From: Myxococcota bacterium
GTDB taxonomy: Bacteria > Myxococcota > JACRCW01
NCBI GenBank assembly: GCA_040752415.1
Contig: JBFMGU010000293.1
Location: forward strand, 1-12,690
Direction: 5' to 3'
DNA length: 12,690 bases
A program made the position numbers and the translations under genes. The notes beneath the pieces were generated by a model that was not told the origin of the DNA, did no database searches, and worked only from the letters and a program-made list of their open reading frames with translations. This document shows positions 8,611-12,690 of this stretch, piece after piece; position 1 is the stretch's first letter, and every line of letters begins with the position of its first letter.

Positions 8611-10527
8611 TCACTTGCCGGGGCCGGACTCCAGCGCCTTGGCCGCAATCTCCGCCTCCGGCGAGCCGGGGTGCAGGAACGCCACGCACTGCCAGTGGGC
8701 GCGGGCCTTGTCCGCCAACCCGGAGCGGTCCATCCCACGTGCAAGCCCCAGGTGCGCCTCCCACGACGTGGGATCGGCCTTCACCGCCTTCTCGTAGCCA
8801 GGCAGCGCGTCCTTGTGCTTGCCCTTCTTCTCCAGCGCGGCCGCCTTCTCCAGCAGTGCCCTGGCTTCCTTGGCATTGGCGTTTGACGACGTCACGCACG
8901 CCGCGGGCGGCGCTGGTGCCGGTGCGGGCGCGGGGGTGGCCGCGGGCGCGGGGGTCGGCGTGTCCGTGGCGGCCGCGGCCGGGGGACGGGAACGCACCAA
9001 CGCCACCGCCAGCGTCACGCTGACCAGCACCACGCCCAGGGACACCGCCGCCGCCTGCTGCGCGCGGGGTAGCGTGAGGAACGCCTCCGCGCCCTGCTGC
9101 AGCGCGGAGAGGATGCGCGCGGCAACGGGTGTCGTCGTCGTGTTTGGGGCGGGGGCGTGCCTGGGCGAGGAAGCAGCCTCCGGCACCGCGGTGGAAGGTG
9201 GCGTCCGCGAGCGAACCGGGGCGGCCTTGGCGTCGGACGTGGGGCCCGTGGGTGCGGCGGGATTGCCCACCTGCGTGGCCTGATCCTCGATGGCGGGATT
9301 GGGCGCACGACGAGGGTTCGACGTCTCCAGCTCCCGCGTCTTCCGACCGCTGCTTTCCGAGACGGGACGCGGGATGGCCACCGGCGTGTTGGCCGCGGGT
9401 GTCAACGCGGGACGGATGCCGTCACTCTCATTGACGACGTCAGGCAGCACCTCCGAGCCCGGGTCCGACTGGATCTCCGTGGGCATGGGCCGGTCATCCA
9501 CCGCGGTATCCCCGCCCACCACCGCCGCGGTCTGGGTGGGCATGGACGGCCCGCCGTCGACGGAGTTGGTGCCCGCGTCGGTGAACGCGCTGGAGTGCGT
9601 GTTTCCCGTGAGCGCGGGACGGGCGGCTGCGGCCACGGGAGCCTCCGGTCCCTCAAAGGGCTCCGGCACGCGGCCGCAGAACGGCTCCAGCGCCTCCGCC
9701 AGCGCTGTCCCGTCGGCGTAGCGGTCGACCGGGTCGCGGGAGAGCGCCTTGGCGATGATCTCCGGCAGCCCGGCGGGGACGTTGCGGATGGCGCGCGCGC
9801 GGTTGGCGGCGTCGTCGGTGGCGGCCAGCCGGGAGAGACCGGCGCGGTCCAGCTGCGGACGCAGCGCGCTGTTGGTGATGAGCACGTACAGGAGCGCGCC
9901 CAGGGCGAACACGTCGGTGCGCGCGTCGACGGGGAGGCCGAGGATCTGCTCGGGCGCCAGGTAGCTGGGCGTGCCCACCATCTGGTCCTTGCGCGTGATC
10001 TCCATCCCGCCTTCGATCTTGCAGACGCCAAAATCCGCCACCACCACGCGCCCTCGTCGGGCGATGAAGATGTTGGCCGGCTTGACGTCGCGGTGGACGA
10101 TGCCGCGCTCATGCGCGCTCCCCAGCGCCTCCCCACACTTGGCGACGATGGACGCCGCCGCGCCGGGGTCCATGGCGCCGCAGCGGATGAGCCGCTCACT
10201 GAGGGTCTCTCCCTCGATGAGCTCCATGGCGTAGTAGAGCACCCAGCCCACCACGGGGTCGTCGGCTTCGCCCGCGTCGTAGATGTGCAGGATGCCGGCG
10301 TGGTCCAGCTGGCTGAGGGCTTTGACCTCGCGCTGGAAGCGCAGCATGCGGGCTTCACGGTCCCGGCCCAGGAGGCCCGCGGAGAGCGTCTTCACCGCCA
10401 CCCGACGGGAAAGCGGCTCATCCATGCAGGCGTAGACCACCCCCATGCCGCCGCGCCCGAGCTCCGACTCGACGCGGTAGCGCCCCAGCATCACGCCGGT
10501 GGCGGGGGTTGGTGTCTCCTTGGTCAC
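8611..10527 (-). CDS. Hanks-type Ser/Thr protein kinase with Pro/Ala/Thr linker, TM helix and C-terminal TPR region
   Basis: [69 protein letters not shown]-like [27 protein letters not shown] 10527 with upstream GGAGG preferred over 10632. Confidence 0.93.
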   Translation of the reverse strand: MTKETPTPATGVMLGRYRVESELGRGGMGVVYACMDEPLSRRVAVKTLSAGLLGRDREARMLRFQREVKALSQLDHAGILHIYDAGEADDPVVGWVLYYAMELIEGETLSERLIRCGAMDPGAAASIVAKCGEALGSAHERGIVHRDVKPANIFIARRGRVVVADFGVCKIEGGMEITRKDQMVGTPSYLAPEQILGLPVDARTDVFALGALLYVLITNSALRPQLDRAGLSRLAATDDAANRARAIRNVPAGLPEIIAKALSRDPVDRYADGTALAEALEPFCGRVPEPFEGPEAPVAAAARPALTGNTHSSAFTDAGTNSVDGGPSMPTQTAAVVGGDTAVDDRPMPTEIQSDPGSEVLPDVVNESDGIRPALTPAANTPVAIPRPVSESSGRKTRELETSNPRRAPNPAIEDQATQVGNPAAPTGPTSDAKAAPVRSRTPPSTAVPEAASSPRHAPAPNTTTTPVAARILSALQQGAEAFLTLPRAQQAAAVSLGVVLVSVTLAVALVRSRPPAAAATDTPTPAPAATPAPAPAPAPPAACVTSSNANAKEARALLEKAAALEKKGKHKDALPGYEKAVKADPTSWEAHLGLARGMDRSGLADKARAHWQCVAFLHPGSPEAEIAAKALESGPGK

Positions 10528-10691
10528 GCCACCTCCACCCTGCTTGTGGGTCCCCCGAGACCAGCGCCCCGGCCAACCCTGGACGCGACGCATCTCTATA
10601 GCCCCACCTCGGTTTTTTTGGGGCCTTTCCAACCGGCCCCCACGGCGGGGAAGGAAGCCCGCTGGCCGGCCCTCTGGTAGATCCCCGGGGC

Positions 10692-11168
10692 ATGAACGCC
10701 TCGCCGTTGCTCCGGGTGGAGCCCCTGCTGCCCACGGACATGCGCGCCTGCGCCGCCATCATGGCCGGGAGCGACCCCTGGAGGACCCTGGGCGTCACGC
10801 TGGACACCGCGCTGCACCGCTTCATGGCCGACCCCTGCCCCACCGTGGTGGCCCGCCCCCCGGACCACGACGAGCCCCTGGGCTTCATCCGCTACAGGCC
10901 CCAGGGCTTCATCGACCGGTTTGCGTACATCCACATCGTGGCGGTGTCGGAGGCGGCGCGCGGCCAACGCGTGGGTGAGGCGCTGATGGCGCGGGTGGAG
11001 GAGGTCTGCTTTGCCACCACGCCGCACCTGTTCCTGTTCTGCTCCAGCTTCAACGAGGGCGCGCAGCGCTTCTACCGTCGGCTGGGCTACCGCCAGGTGG
11101 GCGACGTCCCGCAGCTCATCCACCCCGAGCACGGCGAGCTGCTCTTCATGAAGTCCCGCCCCGCATGA
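10692..11168 (+). CDS. GNAT-family N-acetyltransferase
   Basis: Motif A YIHIVAVSEAARGQRVGEALM and motif B FNEGAQRFYRRLGY. Confidence 0.9.
   Translation: MNASPLLRVEPLLPTDMRACAAIMAGSDPWRTLGVTLDTALHRFMADPCPTVVARPPDHDEPLGFIRYRPQGFIDRFAYIHIVAVSEAARGQRVGEALMARVEEVCFATTPHLFLFCSSFNEGAQRFYRRLGYRQVGDVPQLIHPEHGELLFMKSRPA
10833..10840 (-). other. KOPS motif GGGCAGGG oriented toward dif
   Basis: CCCTGCCC on the + strand. Confidence 0.4.
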
Positions 11169-12085
11169 GCGCCCGACACTTCGTGGCGCTGGGCACGCAG
11201 AGCCAGGTGCCCACCAAGCAACGCAATCACCACGGCGGACTGTTGCGCTGGGATGAGCTGGGCATCCTCTTCGACCCGGGTGAAGGCACGCAGCGCCAGC
11301 TCGCGCACGCCGGCATCAACGCCAACAGCATCACGCACATCTGCATCACCCACTTCCACGGCGACCACTGTCTGGGCCTGGCGGGAATCGTGCAGCGTCT
11401 GTCCATGGACCACTGCCCGCACCCGGTGCGCGTCTACTACCCGGCCAGCGGACAGCGGTTCTTCGAGCGGTTGCGCTACGCCTCCATCTTTGCCGAGCAC
11501 GCGCGCATCCTGCCCTGCCCCATTGACGACGAGGGACCGCTGGAGCTGGGGGAGACGTACACGCTGAGCGCGCGTCGCCTGGATCACCGGGTGGAGGCGT
11601 TTGGCTACCGGCTGCAGGAGAAGGACGCGGTGACGTTTGACCGCGCGTTGCTCGTCGCGGCGGGGGTGCGCGGGCCGGATGTGGGGAGGCTCTCCGTCGA
11701 GAAGGAGATCACGGTGGGGGGACGCACGGTGCGCATCGAGGACGTCTCACACCCGCGCCCGGGCCAGGTGTTCGCCTTTGTGATGGACACGCGTCCCTGT
11801 CACAACGCGGTGGAGCTGGCGCGCCACGCCGACCTGCTGGTCATGGAGGCCACGTTCTCGTCGGCGCACGAGCATGAGGCGCGGGAGTACGCGCACTGCA
11901 CCTCGACGCAGACGGCCCACGTGGCCAGGGAAGCGGGAGTGAAGCGGTTGGTGCTGACGCACTTCAGTCAGCGCTACGAGGACACCACGCCGCTGCTGGA
12001 GGAAGCGCGCGCCATCCACCCGGACACGGTGGCGGCCATGGACCTCGACGTCATTGAGGTGCCACGGCGCGTGCGCGGCGCGTGA
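11165..12085 (+). CDS. rnz: Ribonuclease Z (tRNase Z / RNase BN)
   Basis: LGTQSQVPT, FDPGEGTQRQ, THFHGDH metal motif, LDH, exosite GVRGPDVGRL, DT, EATF, AHCT, LTHFSQRY. ATGA overlap with the GNAT stop. Confidence 0.93.
   Translation: MSARHFVALGTQSQVPTKQRNHHGGLLRWDELGILFDPGEGTQRQLAHAGINANSITHICITHFHGDHCLGLAGIVQRLSMDHCPHPVRVYYPASGQRFFERLRYASIFAEHARILPCPIDDEGPLELGETYTLSARRLDHRVEAFGYRLQEKDAVTFDRALLVAAGVRGPDVGRLSVEKEITVGGRTVRIEDVSHPRPGQVFAFVMDTRPCHNAVELARHADLLVMEATFSSAHEHEAREYAHCTSTQTAHVAREAGVKRLVLTHFSQRYEDTTPLLEEARAIHPDTVAAMDLDVIEVPRRVRGA
11513..11520 (-). other. KOPS motif GGGCAGGG oriented toward dif
   Basis: CCCTGCCC on the + strand. Confidence 0.4.
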
Positions 12086-12690
12086 TCACTGCGAGGCAAT
12101 GCTGGTGACGAACGTGGCCTTCCCGTCCTGGATCTTCAGGATCACGGCAGGCTTGTTGGCATTGCGGTTGGCATCCATGGTGATGGTGCCGCTCACGCCC
12201 TTGTAGTCCCTGGTCTTGGCCAGCTCGTCGCGGATGGCGGAGCGGTCCAGCTTGCCAGCGCGCTTGATGGCGTCGGCGGCGAGCATGGCGGAGTCGTAGC
12301 CCAGGACCGCCAGGCTGTCGGGCGCCTCACCCCACTGCTGCTTGTACTTGGCAATGAACTGCTGCAGCTCCGGACGGGGATCCTCGTTGCTGGTGTGGTT
12401 GGAGAAGTAGCAGCCATCCAGCGCCTTCCCGCCGATCTCGAAGAGCTTGCTGCTCTCCCAGCCGTCGCCACCGAGGAGGGGCACGTCGATCTTCAACTCA
12501 CGCGCCTGGCGCGCAATCAACGCCACCTGCGTGTAGTAGCCCGGCACGAAGATGGCCTCCGGCTTCTTGCCCTTCATGCTGGTGAGCTGCGCCTTGAAGT
12601 CCGTGTCGGCGGAGTTGTACGCCTCGTCGGCGACGATCTTCCCGCCCTTGGCCTCGAACGCCTTCTGGAAATAGTCGGCCAGGCCCATGG
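12086..12690 (-). CDS. Branched-chain amino acid ABC transporter substrate-binding protein, LivJ/LivK family (C-terminal part; 5' end outside the window)
   Basis: GLADYFQKAF..KGGKIV, DTDFKAQLT, PEAIFVPGYY, LLGGDGW, LGYD, YKGVSGTITMD are typical of type I periplasmic binding proteins. Confidence 0.88.
   Translation of the reverse strand, partial: MGLADYFQKAFEAKGGKIVADEAYNSADTDFKAQLTSMKGKKPEAIFVPGYYTQVALIARQARELKIDVPLLGGDGWESSKLFEIGGKALDGCYFSNHTSNEDPRPELQQFIAKYKQQWGEAPDSLAVLGYDSAMLAADAIKRAGKLDRSAIRDELAKTRDYKGVSGTITMDANRNANKPAVILKIQDGKATFVTSIASQ

Noticed and set aside
8900..8985. GC-rich quasi-repeats in the kinase gene
   Set aside because: They encode the Pro/Ala linker ([13 protein letters not shown]).
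10601..10624. GCCCCA...TGGGGC hairpin containing a T run
   Set aside because: The T run lies inside the loop and the site is between divergent gene starts, so it does not fit an intrinsic terminator.

Overview
High-GC bacterial chromosomal DNA. The Hanks kinase, DAG/DGG-rich secreted proteins and form of the dif site suggest Myxococcota or a related deltaproteobacterium (inference). The genes are mostly housekeeping. In order: the 3' end of a Lys/Ala-tailed CDS, mnmA, a small NapB-like diheme cytochrome c, a putative lipoprotein, an RNase H-like (YprB/COG3359-type) exonuclease, a secreted hypothetical protein, mdh, a lipoprotein, icd, dnaJ, a membrane Ser/Thr kinase with TPR, a GNAT acetyltransferase, rnz and a partial LivJ/LivK-type binding protein. 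The main signal is non-coding. A 28-bp XerCD dif site sits at 1953-1980, and all four KOPS octamers found by eye point toward it, so this is probably the replication terminus. About 1.5 kb away (3462-3489) is a second 11-6-11 site made of two XerD-like arms. The two sites tightly bracket a convergent two-gene unit (lipoprotein plus exonuclease). A cluster of DnaA-box-like 9-mers next to an AT-rich patch lies about 450-580 bp left of dif.
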